Origin: an uncultured Mageeibacillus sp. | GTDB taxonomy: Bacteria; Bacillota; Clostridia; Saccharofermentanales; DTU023 | Direction: 5' to 3' | Assembly: GCA_964345335.1 (NCBI GenBank) | Contig: CAYFQU010000005.1 | Coordinates: 1 to 46,050 of the forward strand | Length of the DNA: 46,050 nt | Part shown: piece by piece, positions 26,396-34,697 of the stretch | How the letters are laid out: each line of letters opens with the position of its first letter | Position numbering within the stretch: position 1 is the stretch's first letter | Made by a program: the position numbers and the translations under genes | The notes under the pieces: generated by a model | What the model was told of the DNA's origin: nothing | What the model saw: the letters and a program-made list of their open reading frames with translations, nothing else | Database searches by the model: none

Positions 26396-27298
26396 CTAAA
26401 CTTTCTCTTTAACATCTTCGCCAAGCAAACCACCGGGTTTTATCAATAGAACTAAAATCAATAAACCGAAAACAATCGCGTCTGTTAACTTGCTGGAGAT
26501 AAAAGCTTTTGTTAAGGTTTCTACGATTCCCAAAATCAAGCCACCTAAAACGGCGCCGGGAATTAATCCGATTCCGCCGACAACCGCCGCTGTAAACGCT
26601 TTGATACCAAGCATAGATCCCATTAGCGGCTGAGCCTGTGGATAAGATGATACATATAAAAGTGAAGCTACACCGGCTAAAGCGGAGCCAATTGCAAAAG
26701 TCAGCGTCAAAGTGCTGTTCACATTGATACCGACAAGTGCCGCAGCACCGTAATCTTCAGAAGTAGCGACCATCGCTTTTCCGTATTTTGTTTTTTTGAT
26801 AAATAATTGCAGCAAAATCATCAAAACCGCTGTGATGACAATGGTCAGAATCGTCGCCATAGAGATTTTCGCTCCGAAGAAATTGACTGCTTCAGCATTG
26901 ATAATTTTCGGCACCGATCTGGACTGAGCCCCAAATAATTTCATCATCAGGTTTTGCAGAAGTAAAGATACACCGATCGCCGTGATCAAATTTGAAATAC
27001 GCGGACTGTTGCGCAGAGGGCGATAAGCCAAACGCTCAATCAGCATACCGACAATCGTGCAGACAATCACTGTAGGAATAATGGCAAACAGATAAGAAAT
27101 ATTGGTGTTTGCCAAGAGCAGTTGAATTGTAAAAACAGTTGTATAGGCACCGATCATAATGATTTCGCCATGTGCGAAATTAATCAGCAAAGCGATTCCA
27201 TACACCATGGTATACCCTAGAGCAACCAGAGCATAAATCGAACCGATCTGCAGCCCATTTAATAATTGTAATAAAAAGTTCAAATTAACGCTCCTCAA
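26396..27298 (-). CDS. livH: Branched-chain amino acid ABC transporter permease LivH
   Basis: 300 aa, polytopic, with LivH blocks (INFAHGEIIMIGAY, GIKAFTAAVVGGIG). Confidence 0.85.
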   Translation of the reverse strand: MRSVNLNFLLQLLNGLQIGSIYALVALGYTMVYGIALLINFAHGEIIMIGAYTTVFTIQLLLANTNISYLFAIIPTVIVCTIVGMLIERLAYRPLRNSPRISNLITAIGVSLLLQNLMMKLFGAQSRSVPKIINAEAVNFFGAKISMATILTIVITAVLMILLQLFIKKTKYGKAMVATSEDYGAAALVGINVNSTLTLTFAIGSALAGVASLLYVSSYPQAQPLMGSMLGIKAFTAAVVGGIGLIPGAVLGGLILGIVETLTKAFISSKLTDAIVFGLLILVLLIKPGGLLGEDVKEKV

Positions 27299-27304
27299 AT
27301 AAAA

Positions 27305-27340
27305 ATTTTAGTAGCAAGTAATCACTTGCTACTAATTTAA
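27305..27340 (-). terminator. Intra-operon attenuating hairpin between the binding-protein and permease genes
   Basis: Stem tagtagcaagt / acttgctacta with a 4-nt loop. On the - strand it is followed by an A/T-rich tail (aaaattttt). This is the usual arrangement for over-expressing the SBP gene. Confidence 0.55.
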
Positions 27341-27417
27341 TAATTATAATACACCAATTATAATACACTCGATGCAACTAAGCATCATTTTTTCTTTATG
27401 ATGACGGAAACTAACTT

Positions 27418-28578
27418 TTAATCAACTTCGACGCTGTCAAAATATTTGTATTCACCATCCTCGATCTCAATAATAGAGGAAGCTTTGATCGGATTATTAT
27501 TTTCGCCAAATGTTAAATTACCAGTAACACCTGGCTGTTCAATACCTTTCAGCGCTTCGATTGTAGCTGCATAATCTGTCGATCCGGCTTTTTCCCAAGC
27601 GGCTTTCAACAGATAAACCGTATCATAACCTAAAGCTGCAAAAGCGGACGGATCCTGATTATGTTCCGCACGATAATTTTTAGCAAAATTTTGTACCAAC
27701 TCCGATTTGTCATCTAAAGAATAGTGATTTGCAAAATAAATACCATTCAAAACAGCAACGGAACCATCATCGATCTCAGCCAAAACACCGTCCCAGCCAT
27801 CAGGGCCAATAATTTGAGCCTGCAATCCTAATTCCTTCGCTTGCTTCGCAATTAAAACATCTTTTTGATAATATTCTGGAACAAGTAAAACATCAGGGTT
27901 ACTTTGGATAATATTGGTTAATTGAGCATTAAAATCAACATCGTCTTTTCCATAACCTTCATCTGCTACAATCTCAATGCCTTTTTCTTTTGCCTTTTCA
28001 ATAAAAGCGTCTGCTACGCCGTTGGAATAGTCATCCGAGTTATTTCTCATAACAGCTGCTGTTTTCGCATTTAATTTATTTGCTGCAAAAGTTGCCAACA
28101 CTTGACCTTGATATGGGTCAATATAACAAGTACGGAATACATTATCTCTACCTTCAGTGATAGAAGCCATCGTACCTGTCGGAGTAATAATTGGAATACC
28201 GTCTTCAGTTGAATTCGCAGCCACTGCATCTGTCGGTTTAGAAGTGATCGCACCGATAATGGCAGAAACATTCTGATCTTTTAATTTATTATAAATGCTG
28301 ACAGCTTCCGAAGGATCACCTTTATCATCTTCAGCAAGTAATTCGATTTTCTTTCCTAAGACACCGCCTGCTTCATTAATTTCAGCAACTGCTAATGTGA
28401 TACCCTGCAAAGCCTGCGTACCATAAACAGCTAATTCTCCTGTCTGTGGTCCTATCTGACCAATTCGAATAGTGTCGCCGCTTTCTACTTCACCACTCGC
28501 ATCTTTACTGTTTCCACAAGCTACTAGTGAGAAGAGCATGAAACAAGTTAATACTAAACTTAAAACTCTTTTTTTCAT
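27418..28578 (-). CDS. livJ: Branched-chain amino acid ABC transporter substrate-binding lipoprotein
   Basis: Type I periplasmic-binding-fold sequence. I moved the start to the ATG at 28578 (MKKRVLSLVLTCFMLFSLVACGNS, lipobox LVAC), which is preceded by ggagggg. The ORF-track start at 28614 is a TTG with no RBS. Confidence 0.85.
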   Translation of the reverse strand: MKKRVLSLVLTCFMLFSLVACGNSKDASGEVESGDTIRIGQIGPQTGELAVYGTQALQGITLAVAEINEAGGVLGKKIELLAEDDKGDPSEAVSIYNKLKDQNVSAIIGAITSKPTDAVAANSTEDGIPIITPTGTMASITEGRDNVFRTCYIDPYQGQVLATFAANKLNAKTAAVMRNNSDDYSNGVADAFIEKAKEKGIEIVADEGYGKDDVDFNAQLTNIIQSNPDVLLVPEYYQKDVLIAKQAKELGLQAQIIGPDGWDGVLAEIDDGSVAVLNGIYFANHYSLDDKSELVQNFAKNYRAEHNQDPSAFAALGYDTVYLLKAAWEKAGSTDYAATIEALKGIEQPGVTGNLTFGENNNPIKASSIIEIEDGEYKYFDSVEVD

Positions 28579-28778
28579 AAAACCCCTCCATTTGTCTTTT
28601 TTAGATCTATTCAATATAGCCTAAATAATATCTTATAATTATACCAATATTATGTATAAATGGAATTGTTAATTTTTACAAGAATAAAAAACAAGAATAG
28701 ACTATTTACAGTGATTTTTTACATAATCGTTAAAAAATTCCTAAAATAGTCTATTGAATAAATAAAAATAATTATAAA

Positions 28779-29918
28779 TTATGCCAAGCTTAATAGACGC
28801 ATGATTTCTCGAACAGTTAACTTCAAATCACTTTTCGCTCTTTTTTTAGCTTTTTCATATGGCTGAGCCACTCTGTTGATACTGCAAATAGCCGAAATCC
28901 CCAGTTCATAGGCTGCATCTAATCGGTCACCGATATCACCTACAACAGCTATCACCGGAACATCAGCGGCTTTCGCTCTTTTTGCGATACCACTCACGAC
29001 TTTACCGCCTAAAGATTGTGAATCAATTTTACCTTCACCTGTAAAAACCAAGGCTGCATCCTGCAATAGTTCAGTGAATTTCACAGTATCAAGCATGACT
29101 TCAATACCTGATTCCAATTCACCCTGCAATAATGCATAGAGTCCGCCGCCCATACCTCCTGCCGCACCGGCACCCGGTACCTCTGAAATATCGACACCTA
29201 AATCTTTTTTAATGACTTCAGCAAAATTTTGTAAACCTTCATCCAATAATTGAATCATTTCCTCTGAAGCACCTTTTTGTGGCCCGAAAACAGCAGCTGC
29301 GCCATTTTCACCACAAAGTGGATTGTTAATATCCGACATGATATGAAAAGAAGATTCTTTAATTCCCGGATGCATATGTTCCATATTGATGGAGCAAATA
29401 TCTTTAAGAGTACCTCCGACCGGCACAAAACTTTCACCCTGTGCATTTAAGAATTCAATGCCAAGTGCAGCACAGGCTCCGGCTCCGCCATCATTCGTAG
29501 CGCTGCCTCCAAGGCCGATAATAAAATTTCTCTGTCCCTTATCCAAAGCATCTTTCATTAATTGACCGACACCGTAAGTTGAAGCATGTAAGACATCTAA
29601 TTTTTCCATTAAGGGCAAACCTGCGGCAGCAGCCATTTCAATGGCTACCGTGCCATTGTCCAGAATAGCATAAAAACTGTCGACTTCACCCGACAGAGGA
29701 TGCTTGACACGCAGATTCATTTTTTTGCCGCCAACACCTTCAAGCAAAGCATCAACCGTACCTTCACCCCCATCAGCAATCGGAATACGAGTTATTTTTA
29801 TTTCAGGTAAAAATTCATGAATCGCTTCTTCCATAATCTGACAAATTTCAGAAGAAGACATTGTTCCCTTGAATGAATCCGGAATAACGATAATTCTCTC
29901 TTGTGTATTGAATTCCAT
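28779..29918 (-). CDS. glxK: Glycerate kinase
   Basis: 379 aa with IPDSFKGTMSS, GLGGSATNDGGAG and GEGKIDSQSLGGKV. Confidence 0.9.
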   Translation of the reverse strand: MEFNTQERIIVIPDSFKGTMSSSEICQIMEEAIHEFLPEIKITRIPIADGGEGTVDALLEGVGGKKMNLRVKHPLSGEVDSFYAILDNGTVAIEMAAAAGLPLMEKLDVLHASTYGVGQLMKDALDKGQRNFIIGLGGSATNDGGAGACAALGIEFLNAQGESFVPVGGTLKDICSINMEHMHPGIKESSFHIMSDINNPLCGENGAAAVFGPQKGASEEMIQLLDEGLQNFAEVIKKDLGVDISEVPGAGAAGGMGGGLYALLQGELESGIEVMLDTVKFTELLQDAALVFTGEGKIDSQSLGGKVVSGIAKRAKAADVPVIAVVGDIGDRLDAAYELGISAICSINRVAQPYEKAKKRAKSDLKLTVREIMRLLSLA

Positions 29919-30252
29919 ACTGACCTCTCAATTGATGTTTTTCTTATGCTATCAAGCTCGAAATTTGAATAATTTTTTCATCTGTTATTTAGTTTTTTAT
30001 ATCTTATCACAATCACAGCAACAAAAAATACAAGTCCATATAATCTTTTATTCACTTGTTATATAAAACAAATTTATTCTTTCAGAAGCAGTTTATAGGT
30101 TCTAAAATCCGATAAACTCATGGTTTCACTATTTTGATTTTTGTGTCATCGGATGCTCCGTACTTACTATTTTTACAACATTTTCATGAAAATTATGGTA
30201 TGATATAGCTCGATTATGCAGCTATTGTATAAATCTGAGGAGGCGATAAATA

Positions 30253-31208
30253 TGGACTTGTTAATAGAAAAATTATCCAAAAAAGGGAAGAGAAAAAGAA
30301 CCATTCGTTCCATCTTTTTCTTATTGATAGGCTCCTTCCTCTCAGCCTTTGCCATCAATGTTTTCTTTACGCCGATTATGTTGACCATGGGCGGTATCTC
30401 CGGTATCGCTTCTATTGCGTATCAACTGACCGGCAGAGGGGACTTTCTCCCTTTAGGTATCTGGATTTTGATTCTGAACTTGCCTTTATTGATTTTGGGC
30501 TGGGTAAAAGTGGGCTGGCGTTTTGTCTATAAAAGCATTATCGGATCCACCTTCTACTCCTTATGTTTAACATTGACTGAAAAACCGATGGGGCATTGGT
30601 TTAATACTTATTTCAATAATCCTACAGTTAACGGTCCGCCGGACTTATTGATCTTCTGTCTATTTGGCGGGATTTTGTTTGGAATTTCCATGGGCTTGAT
30701 CTTGCGGGCCGGTTTCACGACAGGCGGCACCGATATTCTTGCCGTCATTTTGCATCGCCGTTTTCCCTCTATTACGATCGGTAAATTTATATTGGTAACA
30801 GATGCTTTAATTGTCGCTTCCAGTTTATTCTTCTATATCAATTTTCAGGCAAATGTCATGGCGATTACCATGTATTCGTTTGTCGCTCTCTATTTAGCCG
30901 GCAGATTTACAGATATTACTTTGGATGGCTTGGAAGTCATAAAAGTGGCTTATATTATTTCCGATAAAAAACAAGAAATCGCCGCTCATATTTTCGAAAA
31001 ATTGGATCGCGGAGCTACCTCTTTGAAAGCAAAGGGTATGTACAGCAAGACCGATAAAGGAATGCTCTTCTGCGTTTTATCAAATCGTCAGGTGCCGAAA
31101 TTAAAAGAAATCGTCAATATTATTGATCCCAAGGCTTTTGTCATTGTAACCGAGGCCCGTGAAGTTTTAGGAGAAGGTTTTGAAAAAGATACAGAAGATT
31201 TCATCTGA
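30253..31208 (+). CDS. YitT family membrane protein (DUF2179 C-terminal domain)
   Basis: Polytopic N-terminus plus a soluble C-terminal domain (RGATSLKAKGMYS...FVIVTEAREVLGEGF). I placed the start at the ATG at 30253 (MDLLIEK), 8 nt after gaggagg. The ORF-track start at 30216 lacks an RBS. Confidence 0.75.
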
Positions 31209-32208
31209 TCAGCAACCGATCATCACCTTAAACCTTGCTGAAAATACATCGGACTTCACGCTTGAGTCTGCTTCGATCAGTCTGAAAGCACCTGCTAAGA
31301 TCAATTTGAATTTAAATATTCTCGGCAAGAGGACAGATCATTATCATGAATTGGAAACAATCATGCAATCGATCGCTATATTTGATCATCTGTATCTGAA
31401 AATCAGGAAAGCCCAAAATATAAGCAAGATCAAACTACATACAAATGTTGATCTCGCCATTGAACCGCAAAATAATTTAGCATATCGTGCCGCGGCTTTA
31501 TTCCTGGAGCAATTTAATTTACATTGTGATCTGGAAATGATATTGAAAAAAAACATTCCGGCAGCGGCAGGTTTAGCGGGAGGCAGTACGGACGCTGCAG
31601 CTGTTTTATTGGCTCTGTTCTATTTATTGCAGGATGAACAGGCCGGAGAAATTTTTCAAAATAAAACAAATCAAGTTACTTATGAAGATTTATTTCCTGT
31701 AGCAGAAAAATTAGGAGCCGATGTCCCGTTTTGTCTATTTCAAGGTACAGCTCTCTGCCTGGGTAAAGGGGAAAGAATGTATGCTCTAAATGATTTTGCC
31801 AATCAGCCTTTATTGCTCTATAATCCACCGCTTGAAGTTTTTACCAAAGAAGCTTTTGCTTATCTTGCTGCAGAACCATATGTAGAAAATGCTGTATCAA
31901 ATCATCTGCAAGCAAAAATGAGGCATTTCAATCAGCTATTAAGCTCTGCGAATTTGAAATCATTAAAATCTTTCAAAAATGATTTCAGCGAATTTTTATT
32001 CTATAAATATCCGGATCTGATAGAAATATTTACCCTTTTTAAGCAAAGTAAAGCTGAATTTGTACGTTTTACTGGCAGCGGTCCGACTCTCTTTGCGATC
32101 TATGCTTCTTATCAAGAAAGAGATAAAGCCTATCGATTACTGAAAGACAAGCTGCCGGCAGGTAAACTTTTTTCGACCTATACCTGTAAACGACTTTATG
32201 AACCTTAG
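31180..32208 (+). CDS. ispE: 4-diphosphocytidyl-2-C-methyl-D-erythritol kinase
   Basis: GHMP kinase with APAKINLNLNILGKR and IPAAAGLAGGSTDAAAV. At 342 aa it is long for IspE, with about 35 extra N-terminal residues that overlap the yitT-like gene by 29 nt. The start is uncertain. Confidence 0.85.
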   Translation: MKKIQKISSDQQPIITLNLAENTSDFTLESASISLKAPAKINLNLNILGKRTDHYHELETIMQSIAIFDHLYLKIRKAQNISKIKLHTNVDLAIEPQNNLAYRAAALFLEQFNLHCDLEMILKKNIPAAAGLAGGSTDAAAVLLALFYLLQDEQAGEIFQNKTNQVTYEDLFPVAEKLGADVPFCLFQGTALCLGKGERMYALNDFANQPLLLYNPPLEVFTKEAFAYLAAEPYVENAVSNHLQAKMRHFNQLLSSANLKSLKSFKNDFSEFLFYKYPDLIEIFTLFKQSKAEFVRFTGSGPTLFAIYASYQERDKAYRLLKDKLPAGKLFSTYTCKRLYEP

Positions 32209-32262
32209 TTTAGAAAATCATTACGGATCTTGCTTTTATCACAATAATTTAATCGTATTTGC

Positions 32263-32302
32263 AAAAAGCAGCTTAAAGGGATCACCCTGCAAGCTGCTTT
32301 TT
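32263..32302. terminator. Bidirectional rho-independent terminator between convergent ispE and the ABC exporter genes
   Basis: aaaaagcagctt-aaagggatcaccctgc-aagctgcttttt: a GC-containing stem flanked by an A5 run and a T5 run. Confidence 0.8.
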
Positions 32303-32332
32303 AGAATATAAGCACAATCTAAGGTCAGATTT

Positions 32333-33931
32333 TTATTTGGCGGGACCTTTTTCCAAATATCTTTTACCGAAATATAGTCCTAAAAAGCCCAGAGCAAAAT
32401 TGATCAATAAAATGATACCGAGTAAAAGATAAAAGATCATCGGATTATTTTTCATCTGAAAACTCGCAATCACCATTAAAATGACGGTCGGAGCGACAAA
32501 GGCCATACTCGTGAAAAATAAAAACATCGTCGACAACCAATTTTCAATTTCACCTAAAATACGAAACACCAAAATCTGGGCAGAATTGATTAACAGCAAT
32601 AGGCTGAATGATAATAAAAGACCTAAACCTAAAACGCCGATCGAAAAGCCTTCAAAAATCGTTACAAACAAATAAGCCGGTAAAAGATCTGCCAAGCGCA
32701 AAACAATACTCAAAATGCTGGCGAAAAAAACTTTCTTCAAAGGATTGCCGGGTAACAGAAAAAATTGCCAATCGTTAAACGCGTCAAGCGTGGAAGATGA
32801 AAAGGCCATAAAGTAGAGCAGCACGGCACTGACCGTCCAATAAATCAGAGGTCCCGGCCCTCCTCCATTCGTGATGTTCCCAATGACGGCAATCCCTCCT
32901 AATACAACCAAAACAGTAATCATTGCACCACCAAAGAAATAGGGTCTGGTTCTTCTGTACTCGCGCCACTGCTTATAAAAGACAGTAGACTCTCCGGAAC
33001 CTTTATTGATCCCTATATCCCTGATTTTATATTTGCTGTAAGCCTTTCTTTTAGCTGCTTCCACAGCTTCCTTATCGCCTTTGCCATTTGGCAATTCCTG
33101 GGACATCGTCAGGGCATCTTCATAATAATCGATATTCGAATGATAAACCTGATACATCAAAAGTGTCGGAACGAGAAAGAAGCAAAGTAAAGCAAGCAGT
33201 CTATGTATGGAAAAACCTAGATATAGTAAATCAAGCAGCCCTTTGCCCCATCCGGAAACAGGCACCAAATACAGAAGATTACTCTGCAGGAAACCACTAA
33301 AGGCCTCCTTTAAATCATGCTTTTGCAAATAAAGATAAACAAAAATAAGTACCGGAATAATCAAAACAAGATAACTGATTACAGTAACAATTTTCTTACG
33401 AGCAGGATTGCCCACACAAAATGAATAAGCAAAGGTTGAAATAATCTGATTGATAAAAATCGTTAAAATCCACAAAATAAACAATGTGATGATATCTCGA
33501 TGATCGACACCTAGTCTGCGTAAATTCGGAATTTGATAGAGCAAAAAGAAAGAACTCAAAATCGAAGCTTTTAATTGATTGGTCATACCAAATAAAAGGA
33601 CAGTAGCCGGATGATAAGGTGCGGTAAACAAAAATTGTGTATCGGGTAAAGTAAAAATATTGATCCCTGTCTTAGTACCTGTGTTCCAGGAAATAGCACT
33701 GATAATGGTAACCAGAATCATCATACCCACCGACAGGATAAGTTGAGGAGCTTTCGCTAAACCTTCCATGCGAAAACCTTCTGAAACGGCTTCACCTGAC
33801 CCGGTTCCTATAATCAAAAGGCTGAAAAAACCTAGATAGAAAACAATTCCTATTAATTTTTTCGGATCCTCTTTATATTGCTTAATACTGTTAATCAAAG
33901 AACGATATTTCAAGTAAAACAAGGCATTCAT
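32333..33931 (-). CDS. Putative ABC exporter permease (multi-pass membrane protein)
   Basis: 532 aa with about 12 hydrophobic segments and an ATGA overlap with the upstream ABC ATPase gene. Confidence 0.6.
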   Translation of the reverse strand: MNALFYLKYRSLINSIKQYKEDPKKLIGIVFYLGFFSLLIIGTGSGEAVSEGFRMEGLAKAPQLILSVGMMILVTIISAISWNTGTKTGINIFTLPDTQFLFTAPYHPATVLLFGMTNQLKASILSSFFLLYQIPNLRRLGVDHRDIITLFILWILTIFINQIISTFAYSFCVGNPARKKIVTVISYLVLIIPVLIFVYLYLQKHDLKEAFSGFLQSNLLYLVPVSGWGKGLLDLLYLGFSIHRLLALLCFFLVPTLLMYQVYHSNIDYYEDALTMSQELPNGKGDKEAVEAAKRKAYSKYKIRDIGINKGSGESTVFYKQWREYRRTRPYFFGGAMITVLVVLGGIAVIGNITNGGGPGPLIYWTVSAVLLYFMAFSSSTLDAFNDWQFFLLPGNPLKKVFFASILSIVLRLADLLPAYLFVTIFEGFSIGVLGLGLLLSFSLLLLINSAQILVFRILGEIENWLSTMFLFFTSMAFVAPTVILMVIASFQMKNNPMIFYLLLGIILLINFALGFLGLYFGKRYLEKGPAK

Positions 33932-34683
33932 TGGCTTACCTCTTCATGTATGCTTTCTGCCTGACGACCCATCTCTGATTGATCCGTTTTTTCCGTAACA
34001 TCAAAGAAGAAATCTTCCAAGCTTTTGCCTAAACCAGCCAATTCCGTACGATCACCTTGGGCTATCAATCTGCCTTCTTCCAGGATAAATACCTTGTCCC
34101 ATAATTCATCAACCGTATCCAGAATATGGGTGCTGATCAAAAGCGAACGCCCTTCTTCCACCAGTTCATGAAATATTTGTTTTAATTCTTTAATAGCATG
34201 GGGATCTAAACCGATTAAGGGTTCGTCAAGAATCAAAAACTCCGGTTCCGGCAGTAAAGCTAAACAAATACTTAATTTCTGCTGCATTCCTTTGGATAAA
34301 GTTCCGCCCAATTTATCTTTTTTATCTGCCAGTTCAAAACGCTTTAACAGTTGTTCAGCTCTGGCATGCCAATCGTCTGACAATTTATAGACTCTGGCAA
34401 TAAATTCCAAATGCTCGGCAATTGTCAGCAAAGGATAGAGATGCGGCATTTCCGGCACATAGCCTAATACCCTTTTGGCATCACTTGATTTATTGGGATA
34501 ACCGTGGATTGTGATGTCTCCCTCATAGCGCAGTAAACCGGTAATGCATTTAATCAGAGTTGACTTGCCCGCTCCGTTCGGTCCGACTAAAAGAGCGACC
34601 GATTTTTCCGGAATATAAAGATTGATATTTTGATTGGCAAGTACTTTGCCATATCTTTTCGTCACATTTTGAATATTTAACAT
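33928..34683 (-). CDS. ABC transporter ATP-binding protein
   Basis: Walker A GPNGAGKSTL, signature LSKGMQQKL and Walker B FLILDEP. I placed the start at the ATG at 34683 (MLNIQNVTKRYG). The 91 extra codons in the ORF track run inside the P-type ATPase gene and are not coding. Confidence 0.88.
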   Translation of the reverse strand: MLNIQNVTKRYGKVLANQNINLYIPEKSVALLVGPNGAGKSTLIKCITGLLRYEGDITIHGYPNKSSDAKRVLGYVPEMPHLYPLLTIAEHLEFIARVYKLSDDWHARAEQLLKRFELADKKDKLGGTLSKGMQQKLSICLALLPEPEFLILDEPLIGLDPHAIKELKQIFHELVEEGRSLLISTHILDTVDELWDKVFILEEGRLIAQGDRTELAGLGKSLEDFFFDVTEKTDQSEMGRQAESIHEEVSQ

Positions 34684-34697
34684 AACTACCCATTTTA

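Noticed and set aside
28579-28614. A 12-codon extension of the Liv binding-protein ORF, and similarly 5 extra codons on rplL (44096-44110) and 12 on the YitT-like gene (30216-30252).
   Set aside because: In each case an internal ATG is preceded by a strong Shine-Dalgarno sequence at correct spacing. The extended start lacks one, or contains the RBS itself.
30173-30388. A 71-aa - strand ORF overlapping the YitT-like gene start.
   Set aside because: It has no RBS and overlaps the promoter/RBS and coding start of a supported gene. Its composition is typical of a shadow ORF.
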